Assembly (NCBI RefSeq): GCF_009914755.1
Contig: NC_060939.1
DNA from: the human T2T-CHM13v2.0 reference genome, Homo sapiens
Length of the DNA stretch: 64,000 bases
Reading direction: 5' to 3' (one strand)
Within the stretch, counting starts at the first letter, position 1; each line of letters opens with the position of its first letter. Below the pieces are notes generated by a model that saw only the letters and a program-made list of their open reading frames with translations, was not told the DNA's origin and did not search any database. Both the position numbers and the translations under genes were made by a program. This document shows positions 1 through 12,854 of the stretch, piece after piece.

Positions 1-354
1 GAGCCTTAATTTCCTTATGTGTAAAATGGAAAGAAAGACTAACTCTTTATAAAGCCCCTTCAGGAGCCACTGAGCGGGGAGGAAGAGCTCAGTATAAATA
101 CAGATCTTCTCCCCCTATTACCTACCTAAGGGCTTCCTACACCACCACCAAAATAAGAACTAAAAGAAACATTTTTAAAAACAACAGTATTGATTACATT
201 TGCCTTATACATCAGGTGCTCGCATATAATTTAATTTGAAGAAAAGGGGAAAATGGTATTTAAATGACTGAGTCAGATAGTCTCTAGTATTCCTCATTTA
301 GCTTTAGAATTCTAAAACCCTTGCTAACAAAAAACAAAAATGTATGTTTCATAC

Positions 355-517
355 CTTTTGGCAGAGTTGAATTTTTTTGTTGTTTTTCAGTTGAAATTTG
401 TACCTCCTTAGCAACACTTATGCTTTGATCATCAGATGGAATAATGGTTGTGAGGTAATTAATAGAAGCGACAAGAGCTTGTGTTTGCAGCAACAGATTT
501 AAAGATGAAAAGGCCAC
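355..517 (-). CDS. VPS13C: VPS13C exon 31 (163 nt) VAFSSLNLLLQ...STLPK
   Basis: AG|GTG...AAAG|GTATGA; phase 0/1; overlaps ORF 284..517. Confidence 0.95.
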
Positions 518-1738
518 CTAAAAATGTTTTAAAGAGAAAATTAGTTTTCCACAGCCAATTATAACCTGTAGTCTCCACGACAGACCCAAAAGATTCTCAG
601 GTGGGCTTACATCATTGCTTTCCACCACTCTGAAGGAAGAGTAAAAAGTGGAAGATTCACAATCCCCTTAAAAAGGGAATATACAGAGAAAAATTACACT
701 TATACACTTCAGGGGTACATCAGAATATTACAGTAACCTAATTACTCCATTTCCAAAGCATAATGGTTATGAAGTCTATACTCTGCTTCTCATGGCTATG
801 CTGATATTCAACATACAGACGGCTTCTTGGATCTTCAATGGACAATTATGATTATATAAAATTATAAGTCAAAAGGCGAAATCCCAGAACCACCATGTGC
901 TACTACTATGTCTAGAAATGACTTCAAAGGTGGCATCCGTGAAATTTAAATATAAAAAGGACAATTATGAATGGGTTACTAAGTGACCTTTTCAAATCAC
1001 AATAATGGTGTTATCATTTAAAAAGAAACACAATATAGAACTTGTAGGGGAAAAGTACTACTTTTTTTAAAGCAATCACTCTAGGAAGCTAAAATAGCAA
1101 TACAAATTGATTTCAAGAATGGGTAGTTTTCTAATAGCAAATTAATATAAAATAAAAAGCTCTGTTTATAAAAATGAATTTCTTTTCATTTTCTCATAAC
1201 ACTAAATGGATATAAAAACAATAAAAGGTTCACAATATTAAAACAGATTTCCCCATCTCTCAAAAAAGTGTGAGCTAAAACTCGCCTCTCTCCTTTTCTT
1301 TTTAGTTACCCATAAGTACATTTTGCCCCTCTTACTCTAAGCTACTACGTAAGTAGTGCTTTGACTTCAAAAGTGCTCAACATGTCTCCTTATATTTTAT
1401 ACACTTTTTCACCTGTACATCAAACAATGGTATCTAGTTTGGCTAGTTTAGAAACCTTTTAGTTCTTTGTACATCAAAGTTCTTTTGTCTACAGCATTCC
1501 CTAATTTAGAAATAATACTGAAACTTTTAAGGACGCTAGGATGTGATATAACAAAACAGCTTTACTAAGCTGAATCATAAACACAGAGCATGGTAAGTAT
1601 CGATGAGGTTATTTATAACTCTTATTGGTCCTTGATTATGTCATCAAATTACCTAGTCAATACTCCTCAAAGGATACTAGAGGCTTTGAGACTAGGTTAT
1701 TTTCAAACAGGATAAATTCCTTTAACAGAATTTCTTAC

Positions 1739-1798
1739 CTTAACTGTTTGTTCAGTTTTTCCAAAAGCAGTTTGAAAACTAGGTCCATTCTTATCAGC
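1739..1798 (-). CDS. VPS13C: VPS13C exon 30 (60 nt) ADKNGPSFQTAFGKTEQTVK
   Basis: CAG|GCT...AAG|GTAAGA; phase 0/0. Confidence 0.95.
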
Positions 1799-2309
1799 CT
1801 GAAAAAAGAAGTAAAAGTTCTAAAGAAGGTACTAGGATCGAAGTAAATAAATCACTTATTTATTATCTCTGGTTAATTTATTTATAGTTATAAATGTATT
1901 TTATATACACTGTATATTTAATTTTATTGCCATTATTTTAAATTTACATCCAAATAATGTATTTATTATAATAGTGCAAATGTGTTCTCCTCTTCAAACA
2001 TGGGAGAATATTCATTTCTGGGAAACTGTAGCTAAGAATCAGAATGACAAACTCTGAAGGTTGTAAGGTGTCACAGTCACGTAGCCCATCTATCCCCTAA
2101 TGCTTAAATCCCTCCATAAAGTCGTCAGCAAGTCTACATTTTTTTATATCTCCAGTAAAAGAAACCTTGTTTCTTTACAAAACTAATCTTTAGAAAGCTT
2201 TTATTTAATGAGGTCTTCACATTGAGTCAAAAATCTGTCTCCCATCATAACTAACCATTGGTCCTAGTTCTTTCTATCCCTTGGGAACATAAACAAATTC
2301 AAACTCAAA

Positions 2310-2570
2310 GATTTACCTCCTGTGAGAAGTCTTCTGGCCTTGCCAATTTCCCTGCCCCTCTGTTCCAATAATGCTTTGTGCTTTTCTTTATTAGGGAATC
2401 AATCACATTATATTCTAATCATTATTTACTTGTGTTATCTCCCTACTCGTCTACAATTTTCTTGAGAACAGGGAATGTTTTTCATTTCTGTATCCCAAGC
2501 GCCTAACAGTACAGACATCCAAAAACACATCCAGAAGTATTCAATAAATAGCTGCTGACTGATTAAACAA
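2310..2570 (+). mobile_element. L2 3' fragment (degenerate)
   Basis: L2-like 3' end motifs (cttgagaacaggga...tgtatcccaagcgcctaacagtac...tcaataaata); boundaries approximate. Confidence 0.55.
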
Positions 2571-3023
2571 ATCGATTCATCTTGAAGGCAGCTAAATACC
2601 ATCAGTTCCTTCAGTGTTTCTCATACGAAATATTTTCGTGGCCCTTCCTATTCATGGCATTTGTCTTCTGAACCCAATTTAATATGACTTTATCCTTTTT
2701 GATGCAGGATACTCAGCCAAATGTCACCTATATATGACCTATAATCAGTACAGGTATGTGGGTATGCCCTAGAAGACAAATGGTACCTACTTCATCCCAG
2801 GCTTCCATCTCTGGGAACAAGAAGTTTAGTGACTTTGTATAATAATAGCCCCGTACTTAAGTGAAAGAAAAGAAGGTGTACAAATGAAAAAAGAAACAGA
2901 TTTCCCTCTAATTAGAAACTGTGATACACATCCAGAGCCATTAGTAACTTACTGTCATATTCTTCCTTCCAGAGAAATAGTTTGGAGTAAACAATAAATA
3001 TATAATCATTCTATAGCCCTTAC

Positions 3024-3103
3024 CTTAATATACTCCACTTTCAAAAGATCTAATCCAGGTTTGTCAGAAGAGCTAATCAAGTGAAGGGGCTTCCTTTTGG
3101 ATC
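3024..3103 (-). CDS. VPS13C: VPS13C exon 29 (80 nt) (G)SKRKPLHLISSSDKPGLDLLKVEYIK
   Basis: TAG|GA...AAG|GTAAGG; phase 1/0. Confidence 0.95.
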
Positions 3104-3865
3104 CTAGATTAAAGAAAAAGGAAAAAAAAGTGTTTCAAATAAATTGCTCTTTTGTAATTTGAAACATTTTAGATTTTTAAAAATTTGTTAATTAAGCTTT
3201 AAAAGAAAATCTTTGCATATTGTCATAGCTATTAAATACAAAGGCCATCACTGTTGAAGAAATTAACCAATCCAAATTGTTACCTCTGACATCCAACTTA
3301 CTTAAAAACATGCATATTTATTTTCACCTGATTTCACAGGTGACTTCTAAAATTCTGACAAATAATTTATTTTACTTCTATTAAAGAAATTTAAATAATT
3401 TCCTTTTGTTTAAACTGTGAGAGGTGACTTAAAAGAGGAAAGCTTTGTTTTTGTTTTTTTTCCTTAAGAGAGAACTGTTAAACTCCTTTTTAACTTAAAA
3501 ACAACAGGTACTACCAGATGTCCTTTATATCCTGAGGTAGATGTACCAAGGAACTGCCTCCAAAAGCTGTGGAAGGAGAAGTAATTTGTCCACCATTTTA
3601 TCCATCTTTTGTTATTTGCAATTCTTTTAACTCTTGCTTCTGAGAGAGCTTAAAATTTTCCCTTGACTTCCAAGGGCATAACCTTCACTAAAGGAAAAAA
3701 TAGCCTAGAAAAATTATTATTTATATTTTTCCCTCAAGACAATAATGTAAACCTTATCTTAACACAGGTCCTATAGAAATTACTAACACATAAAATATTT
3801 TTCTTCTAAATTGAGATTTGTTTTAGTTTCAACTATTAAAAAGTTATAAAACATAGGTCTTTATA

Positions 3866-4177
3866 CAGTCAGTGTTCTGTAACCAAGGATTCCAACCCAT
3901 AGTATAAACCAACTTCAGATTGAAATATTAAAAAAAATTAAAAACAATAAAAAATTAAAAATACAAAAATTTTTAAAATCAACATGGTGTAACAACTCTT
4001 TTACATTTACAATGTATTAGGTATTAGAAGTAATCTAGAGATTTAAAGTATATGGAAGGCTATGCATAGGTTATATGAAAATACAATGCCATTTTATATA
4101 AGGAACTTGAGCACCATGGATTTTGGTACCCACAGAAGTCCCAGAATCAATGCCCCACAGGTACCAAGGGACGACTG
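3866..4177 (-). mobile_element. MER2-type TcMar-Tigger MITE
   Basis: Reverse complement begins cagtcgtcccttggtacc...ctcaagttccttatataaaatggc, as in MER2; CAGTC termini. Confidence 0.8.
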
Positions 4178-4288
4178 CATTTGACTAAAGCATTAGGGAA
4201 ATATTAGGGAATTTTAATTACTGTAGATTTGTCCATTCCTACATGCCTCAAATACCTGAGCAAACAATATATACACTGAAATGAATAA

Positions 4289-4446
4289 ACAATCAGAGTT
4301 TCTGAAAGAACTAACTTTACATCCTATCATTTTTATTTTTATAACCTGGTGTTTCTTGTGGTATATGACAATCAGAGTTTCTGAAAGAACTAACTTTACA
4401 TCCTATCATTTTTATTTTTATAATCTGGTGTTTCTTGTGGTATATG
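4289..4446. repeat. 79-bp tandem duplication (2 copies, 1 mismatch)
   Basis: acaatcagagtttctgaaag...gtggtatatg at 4289-4367 and 4368-4446. Confidence 0.95.
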
Positions 4447-4639
4447 AATACTATTTAATAGAAAGAACAAGGCCTTCAATAACATATGATCAGAGATAAA
4501 CTCTTAAGTTTTGTCATTCATTAAATACAGGATATTCAGTAAGCCACTTAATCTTTATTTAGCCTTTGTTTATAAAACAGGAATAATATTCCCCATATCA
4601 AGGGGATTTTTAGAGACTCTCTGAGGCAAAAGGTAATAT

Positions 4640-4865
4640 TAATTAAGAGCACAGACCCTAGGGCCACATTTCCAGGGTTTTAATCATGGTTCAGTCAATT
4701 ACTAGCCCTGTGACAATTAGTAAATTATATTAATACAATCAGTCTGTGACTTAGTTTACTTACATTTAAACCATAGATTATAACACTGCCTACCCCATAG
4801 CACTGCTATAAGGATTAAATGAGTTATTACTTGTAAAGTGCTTACAACAGTGTAGCTATTATTTA
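4640..4865 (+). mobile_element. MIR
   Basis: ttaagagcacagac...gattaaatgagtta...gtaaagtgcttacaacagtg; boundaries approximate. Confidence 0.7.
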
Positions 4866-4954
4866 TTATAAATACAATATAAATGAAAGTGTTTCAGATA
4901 CTCAAAAGTCCTATCTTTATTATAGGCTATTATTTCTATTTTTATGGGTATTAC

Positions 4955-5108
4955 CTTCAATTTCATGATAATCCAAGCTGATTTTCTTTAAATAAGATAC
5001 CACAGTTAAGTCAAATGTTCTCATTGTGGCCTCTGTTCCTAACTGAGTAACATTAAATACTAGAATTGTATCTTCTTCTTTCTGCTGTTTAGTAAATTCC
5101 AAAATCAC
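4955..5108 (-). CDS. VPS13C: VPS13C exon 28 (154 nt) VILEFTKQQKEE...LDYHEIE
   Basis: TAG|GTG...GAAG|GTAATA; phase 0/1; ORF 4920..5108. Confidence 0.95.
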
Positions 5109-5567
5109 CTAAAAGAATTAGAGTCAATGAAAAGTTGATAAGAAGTCTGAATCATACTTAAAATAATGAAAACAAAATCTTTCTCCATACACATCACCAT
5201 GAGAATAGTAACTTTGCTCATATCCTTCTGCCACCATAGCAATTTAATATAATTGGAAATTACAAAACTTAAATTCTATTGTTGAGAATATAAATACATT
5301 TATAAAAAAATCATGACAGAATTTAACTTCATTGTTTACTTTTTCTAATTTAGTAAAATAGGAATGTATAGATTCTTCCTAAATATGATTTTCTTAAACC
5401 TGTATTTCAAAGCAAAAATCATGTTTAGTAATTTTTTTTAAAGTATCCCCATTAAAGTAGAAAGTAAGACAAGATGTTCTCTATCATACTACTATTTAAG
5501 TTAACTCTGGAAATTATAGCCTGTATATTTAGCCAATAAAAAATAAAACGTGGTAATTTTTAAAAGA

Positions 5568-6078
5568 TGTAAGTGCTTTTGATATTCTAATCAAAAGGTG
5601 TAGATCTTTGTCTCCACCCTTTGAATATGGGCAGGCTTGTGAATGCTTAAATCAATATAGTAGAAAGGAACTGATACTATAAGGACTTCCGGTGTCATAA
5701 AAGACCACGAAACTCCTACCTGGGAACACTCATACTGGGGGAAGCCAGCCACCATGTAAAAAGTTCAACTACTCAGACTACCACGGCTTTTACCATGCTG
5801 AGAGGCCATAAGTAGGTGTTTCAGTCAATAGTCCCAGCTAGCTCCCAGCCAATAGCCAGTATCAATTGCAAGCCTCATAAGTGAGCCACATGGACATCCA
5901 GCTTGAGGCTTCAGATGACTGCAACCCCAGTCAACATCAGAATGCAACCGAATGAAAGACTATGCACAAAATTACCCAGGTGAGCCCTTCCAAACTTCCT
6001 AACCCACAAACCTGTAAGCAAAATAAAATAGTTGTTTTAAGCTATTTAACTTGATAGGCAGCAATAATAACCAGAATA
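5568..6078 (+). mobile_element. MaLR solo LTR (MLT1-type)
   Basis: ccctttgaatatgggcaggcttgtga...aataaaatagttgttttaagc...gcagcaataataaccagaata. Confidence 0.7.
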
Positions 6079-6162
6079 ATATAAATACTGAAAAAAGGCA
6101 AAAAATATTATTATTAGCAGATGTTATAATTACATACTTAGGTAACACTTTAAAAATACTTA

Positions 6163-6355
<193 letters not shown>

Positions 6356-6902
6356 GGTATTCTGTTATAGTAACAGAAAACAAATTAAGACATTCTTTAT
6401 CACCATGAAGTTTACATTCTAGGGAAAGTTGGAGAAAATGAAGGTTGCTGTCTTGTCTTGGGTGGTCAGATCTTTCCAATAAGATGACAATTGAACAAAT
6501 ACCTGAAGTTAGTTTAAAAAAAAAAAAAAAAAAAATCAAGCCATGCAGGAAAAGAGTGTTCCAGGCAAAGGAAATAGCAAGCACAAAGAATGTGCTTTGG
6601 TATACAGAAGGAAAAACATAAGACAAGTGTAAGCTCCATGCGGCAAGAACTTAACTCACTGCTATTTTCCAGTACCTAAAATAATGTCTGGTAATAATGG
6701 CACATGATCAATACCTATTGAAGGGATAGATGGAATATGGCTGAAGCAGAGTGAGCAAGGCAGGAAAGAACTGGCCAGTCATATGAGGTGTTACAAATGT
6801 AAGGCCTTGTAGGCCATGGAAAGGACTTAGTCCTTTACTTTTAGTGACATTTGAAGTCAGTGGAGGATACTGAGCAGAGTAGTAACATGATCTGACATTC
6901 CC

Positions 6903-7227
<325 letters not shown>

Positions 7228-8103
7228 TAAAGGATCAATCTGGCAAATGACAGAACAGAGTACCTGATGGAAGCAAAGACAGTTAAGAGGCTATTGCAAA
7301 ATAATCCAGGGAAGAAGATTACAGTGACTTAGACAGTACAGTAGCAGCAGAAAGGAAGAGCAATCATCTGAATGCATTTTGAATTTAGGGTCATGGGATT
7401 TAATGATATTTTGGATGTAGTATGGAGAAAGAGAGAAGTTGAAGAAGGCTAACAGTAAAGAACATACCTTTCTCTAAACAAATACCAATAGTACTTAGGT
7501 GTGTACACACAGTTAAAATGTAGTATTTCTGACATTATATTTTAGGACATGCTCTCACTATGGCACATGAAACAGTCAATAAGGAACACCTCCATTTTCT
7601 ATCCTTTTTGTTTTATTATCAAAGCAAGACAAATTTTTTATAGAAATCTGGAATACATGTAAAAGTAAGCAGGCATATATAAAAACCTGTAATCTCACCA
7701 CCCAGAGATGAACACTGTCTGTCATTTATCAAAGAAAACATATAAATATAACTTCATATGGAATCATAATATCTTTGGTATTATAATCTTTTTGTTTTCC
7801 CAAATAATGACATACCGTGAACATCTCTCCATGTTTCCTTTTACCACATGACTTTTAAAGGCTGTAAACGTATGTTGGAAATTTAGGTTGTTTACATTTT
7901 TCCAAATCATAAACATGATAATGAGCAATATTATTTAGCTTAAAAGTGAAAAGTTTAAAAAATTAAAGTAGGCATGTCATAAAAATTTTCTGCAGAAAAG
8001 TAAGTTCTAATTAAAAGTCTAAGCTCTTCCAGAATAAATTAGATATGCCACAGATCATTCTTACATCAGTTTTTTTAAAAGCATTTCATTGTTAAAAATC
8101 TCT

Positions 8104-8154
8104 GTGTGTGTGAGAGAGAAAGAGTGTGTGTGAGAGTGTGTATGTGCATGTGTG
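8104..8154. repeat. Compound (TG)n/(GA)n microsatellite
   Basis: tgtgtgtgtgagagagaaagagtgtgtgtgagagtgtgtatgtg. Confidence 0.8.
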
Positions 8155-8278
8155 TTGGGCAGCAGGAAAGACAGAGTACCACATTTTTAATATACTTGAC
8201 ATTTGGGTCTAGCTTGAGGATAGCTTACAAGATAGTGACAGCCAGAATATATCTATTTATAGACAAAAAAGCACATAC

Positions 8279-8418
8279 TTCTTTAATTTCAAACTTGAGT
8301 AGAAGATTGATGAGCTCCTCATTTGGGACCTCTGCAGCTTTTTTAAGTTCTGATCCTTTCATACTTTTACAAGTCTGTGGTTCTCCATCTTCAGCATCAA
8401 AATACTCATCATCAGACT
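8279..8418 (-). CDS. VPS13C: VPS13C exon 27 (140 nt) (E)SDDEYFDAEDG...KFEIKE, contains the FFAT motif
   Basis: TAG|AG...GAA|GTATGT; phase 1/0; EYFDAED encoded at 8387-8407 (VAP-binding FFAT motif, established knowledge). Confidence 0.96.
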
Positions 8419-9108
8419 CTAAAGGAAAAAGACATTTATTTGATCTGAGACAATGTACATTGAAAACTGCATGATAACACTCAAATCTAAATCTCTAAAA
8501 AGTGAAATTCATTTATTAGATATAATCTTCATATTCAGCATCAGAATAGCTGCCTTTTTTAAACTTCTACCAAGTGACTCAACCTGCCATGTAATAATCA
8601 CATTTGAAATCAAATAGCACTATGTTCTTTTCTTCAATGGTTCTGTTTTTCCCTATAGTTCATTCACTCAATATTCAACAAAATATTTATTGGGCATTAT
8701 CTACCACGTATCAGGCTGTGCCAGCCAGTAAGGATACCAGAATGACCACGATAGACATGGTCCTGTCCTGATGAAGCTTACATTCTAGTTCAAAATTAAA
8801 ACAGATCAATTAGGTCAAAGTTAGAGAAAAGCTCATGTAGAGATTGGGGCCAAAAAAAGTAGTTTATTTAGAATCTTAAGTAAGCATTGTCAACTACAAA
8901 AAAAAACCCTTCATTTGTCCAACGAAGACAGAAACTTGGGCTTAAAGGGGATAAGAGACTCAAAGTCACACTAATGTAGCACAACTAGAACTAAAACCAG
9001 TAAATTACTACAGCACTTTCAGACTGCCCTTATTTTCTGAAAATGTTATCTCTGTATAACAATGTATAGGCTTAATTTAATAGAGAAAGAGTATTTTACT
9101 TTCCTTAC

Positions 9109-9187
9109 CTGATTCCACAGTGTCTAGCAATAGTGAAGTACCAAGTAGACCTTTTGTACCACCTGAAATAATAGGAATTGAGGATAC
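9109..9187 (-). CDS. VPS13C: VPS13C exon 26 (79 nt) VSSIPIISGG...LDTVES
   Basis: TAG|GTA...TCAG|GTAAGG; phase 0/1. Confidence 0.95.
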
Positions 9188-9508
9188 CTAGCAAAGAATA
9201 CAAAAAGTTTTCTTAAAAAGGATGACTTAGCAGGATTAAATGTCATAAATGAGAGGAAGACTAAAAAGTAATAGAGGATAAAGAGATATGGAAAGACACA
9301 TACACACAATATAACACAATATACAAATCTTCCAACAAGATATATTGTGTAATCAACTAATAATTGGCTAGAATTTACAAATTATTAAGTCTACCACCCA
9401 CATCTACAAGGGCAAAACTAAGCCCAGCTCTAGTAAGTTAGTCTATTATTACTGTATATCATTTACATTCTGTCTATTACAATATTAAAGTACATCTTTT
9501 TTATAGGT

Positions 9509-9670
9509 CCTTGGCACAGGGTATCATCATGAGCTGGCTTTATCAAATTTCATTTCAAAGTAGAAATCCAACATTTCTACTGTGTAAAGCCTTGGCACAT
9601 GGTATCACCATGAGCTGGCTTTATCAAATTTCATTTCAAAGTAGATATCCAAAATTTCTACTGTGTAAAG
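9509..9670. repeat. 81-bp tandem duplication (2 copies, 4 mismatches)
   Basis: ccttggcaca...ctactgtgtaaag at 9509-9589 and 9590-9670. Confidence 0.95.
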
Positions 9671-9942
9671 ATCAATTTCAATTAAAGTGATCTAGAACTT
9701 ATAAGTCTAACATATAAGAAAATTTTATATCAATTGTTTTATTTGCAAGATTCTAAAGAAGGTTTTTGTTAGTTTTTTTCCCCTCTAGCTTTATTTAAAA
9801 CACATTATAAATTTGAAAGACATTTTACTTTCATTTCTGTACTTTTGGTCCTTTCACTTATAAACCTTGCCCTGAAACTGACTTTTCATCACTGCTCTAA
9901 AACAATAAAAATAGGGTTATACATTTTATTGTATCTATTTAC

Positions 9943-10072
9943 CTGTCTCTCTGGAGACTGGGCTGATGATTTCTGTGGCAAAGGTATACTGTTCATCAAA
10001 TATAGCACATCTTTCATCTTCTGGTCAGAAATTCTCACATGCATCAAAGGAAGTCCTCCTGACACTTTAAAT
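9943..10072 (-). CDS. VPS13C: VPS13C exon 25 (130 nt) (R)FKVSGGLPLM...SPERQ
   Basis: TAG|A...CAG|GTAAAT; phase 2/0. Confidence 0.95.
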
Positions 10073-10134
10073 CTAAAAATACAATTCAGTGGTTTTAAGT
10101 CAGCATCTCTACATTACAAACGAGGGAAAGAATT

Positions 10135-10201
10135 GCATTAATGTAATTAGATTAAAACATGCCTAAACTTTTGACATGTTTTAATCTAATTACACTAATG
10201 C
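10135..10201 (-). repeat. Inverted repeat / hairpin (20-bp perfect core, 29-bp stem on the minus strand)
   Basis: tgtaattagattaaaacatg (10142-10161) is the reverse complement of catgttttaatctaattaca (10175-10194). Confidence 0.9.
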
Positions 10202-11537
10202 CTCATTTAGACAACATTGTCAGGAAATGGGAAGTTCTATGTTAGCTAAGTTTTCAGATAATTTCAACATATCCCTCTTAAGTAGCCAAATCTCTTTAAC
10301 TTAACTAATTTTTAGGAAAATCTTTCCAAACACAATTCTCTACCTTTCAAAACCAAAACACTACTTCCTGGTATCAAAGATTCTTATTATAAACATCAAA
10401 GAGTATTTAACCTCATCACTTTCTATCCCATTGCCTTGCTTTATTTCTTTCTATATATAGCACTTGGCAGCACCTGACATATCACATTTATATTTGTTTA
10501 TGTCTCCTCTGATTAAAATGTCAGCTCCATGAGGACATCTGTTTTACTCACTACGAATCACCACTGTGCTTTTATCAGTTGCTTACTTTTTGGCAGGTGC
10601 TTCTATTCTGTTTCCCTACTCAATGTAATTGCCTCAGGTTTATTTGTCTCAATAGCCTTGTGGCAGCTAGTCATAAAGCTCTTTCTAGCTGTTGTTGTTT
10701 ATCTTTGGCTTCCTGACTAAGCTGTGAACAGCTCAAGCTGACAGATGCCTAATTGCTGGATGCCACACTGGGGTACAGTAAAGCACTGTAGAGAGGGAAA
10801 TATAAAGCACTAAATGCCTATATTGGAAAAAAACTAAGGTCTCAAATCAGTGACCTCAGCTTCTACCTTAAGAAACTAGGACTGAAAAGCAAACGAAATC
10901 CAAAGTAAGTAAAAGAAAGAAATAATAAATATCAGAGAGGAAATCAGGAAAAAAAAGAATCAAAAGAGAGAAGATAATGGAAACCAATAGCTGGTTCTCC
11001 CAGAAGATCAACAAAATTGATAAACCTCTGATCACAGTGATCAGGAGAAAAATAGAAAAGGCACAAATTACTAACATCAGGACTAAAAGAAATAACATCA
11101 CTACAGATTCTTCGTGTATTAAATAGGTAAGAGGAAAGCATTATGAACAGTTTTATGCCAATACATTCAACAACTAAGATGGACAAATTCCTTAAAACAC
11201 ACAAACTCAAAACACTTGGAACATACAGATCATACAGAAGAATAGATAATCTAGCCCTATATCTATGAAAAAACATGAATTTGTAGTTAAATACCTCTCA
11301 AAATGAAAACTCCAGGACCAGACGACTTTACTGGTGAATTCTACCTAGCATTTTAGGAAGAAATAATACTAGTTCTACACAGTATCTTCCAGAAAACTCA
11401 ATGCATGAGGCCAACATCATTATCCTGATACCAAAACAAGAAAAGCAAAGACCAATATCCCTCACTAACACAAATATAAAACTTTGTAACAAAATTTTGG
11501 CAAAACAAGTCCAAAAATATTTTTAAAAATAATACAT

Positions 11538-11842
11538 ATGGGTTGAGTATCAGAAATGGGGCAAGAAGTATTTAAGATTTGGGAATATTTGTATTACATA
11601 ATGAGATATCCTGCAGATAGGACCCAAGTCTAAACATGAAATTGATTTATGTTTCATTCATACCTTGTACACACAGTTTGAAGGTAATTTTATACAAAAT
11701 TTTTAATAATTTTGTGCAAGAAACGAAGCTTGTGTTAAGAACTTATGTGCAGAATTTTCCACATGTGTCATCATGTTGACTCTCAAAAAGTTTCAAATTT
11801 TGGAGCATTTCAAATTTTTGGTCTTTGGATTAGGGATGTTCA
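11538..11842 (+). mobile_element. Tigger4/MER46 (Zombi)-type DNA transposon fragment
   Basis: ggttgagtatc...gacccaagtctaaacatgaaatt...ggattagggatgttca. Confidence 0.65.
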
Positions 11843-11895
11843 TCATTACCAAGTGAGGTTAATCGGTAATGAAAAGTTGGTTTAACATCCACCTG

Positions 11896-12021
11896 ATAAA
11901 GGGTATCAGTGAACGACTGATACATACAACATGAATGAATCTCAAATTAATTATGCTGAATAAAGGGTATCAATAAACTGATACATACAACATGAATGAA
12001 TCTTAAATTAATTATGTTGAA
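11896..12021. repeat. ~64-bp tandem duplication inside old L1
   Basis: ataaagggtatca...actgatacatacaacatgaatgaatc..aaattaattatg.tgaa occurs twice. Confidence 0.85.
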
Positions 12022-12736
12022 TTAAAGATGTTAAACAAAAAAGTTAAAAGTCTAACATTCTATTTATATAAAATTCTAGAAAATTCTAACAAATCTATAG
12101 TGTCAGAAAGCAGACCAATGTTGTCCAGGGACTGGGGGAAGAGAAATTTAAGTAGGGAAGGAAAGAAAGGAATACAAAGGGGGAACAAGGACACTTTTGG
12201 AGATGGTGTGTTCATTGTCTTAACCATGATGATGGTTTCACGGCTATATAGCTAAGGCAATATTTATCAAACTGTAAACTTTAAATGGATGCAGCTTATT
12301 GAACATCAATTATATTTCAATATAGCTGTTTTTTAAAAACAGTATAAACATTTCATAACTGTCTACCTAAATTCAAAATTAATTTTCTATTTTTATGTCC
12401 TTTGATTTTTCTCAGGATTATATGGGATTTCATTATCAAAAGAGCCTCTAATGTGTTCGAAGATTTTATTTTGTTGATATTAAGCATTGGATTCGATTCA
12501 TTCAAAAACATGAACCATCAACTTTTACAGAATGTAAAAGTCCAAATATTTCTGAAATAAGTGTTGATGTATAATTCAAATATACATTTTCTTAAAAATG
12601 TATTTCTGCTGCAAATTGGAATAATCATTTTTGCTGTCTCCCACAGAAATCTATCTTTGCTTCCTTAAATTCTAGCAACTGATGCAGACATATTTCACCT
12701 GTTGATTTTCTAATATAAAAGAAGTTTATACATTAC

Positions 12737-12854
12737 CTGGCCATTCTAATGTCTTTTTCTACCATGGCCTTAGCCAACTCAACATGAATATCCATGGGTT
12801 GCAATATATGCATAGTTGATGGATGCTGAAATCGACACTTTTTCCAGGTTTCCT
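12737..12854 (-). CDS. VPS13C: VPS13C exon 24 (118 nt) (E)ETWKKCRFQH...DIRMA(R)
   Basis: AAG|AG...GCCAG|GTAATG; phase 1/2. Confidence 0.95.

Larger units (their letters stand above)
10780..12335 (+). mobile_element. Old L1M (ORF2 remnants plus 3' end), interrupted by a Tigger4-type element
   Basis: Degenerate ORF2 (agatcaacaaaattgataaacct, ctccaggaccagacgactttactggtgaattctacc) and L1M-like 3' end; boundaries approximate. Confidence 0.75.

Noticed and set aside
216-228. gtgctcgc resembling the U6 snRNA 5' end
   Set aside because: Only an 8-nt match; I recognised no RNA gene (tRNA, snRNA, snoRNA, rRNA) anywhere in the window.
9180-9189. Exon 26 begins AG|GTATCCTC, resembling a U12 donor or recursive splice site
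   Set aside because: Imperfect match (GTATCCTT expected), explained by Val-Ser-Ser codons; the flanking introns look U2-type.
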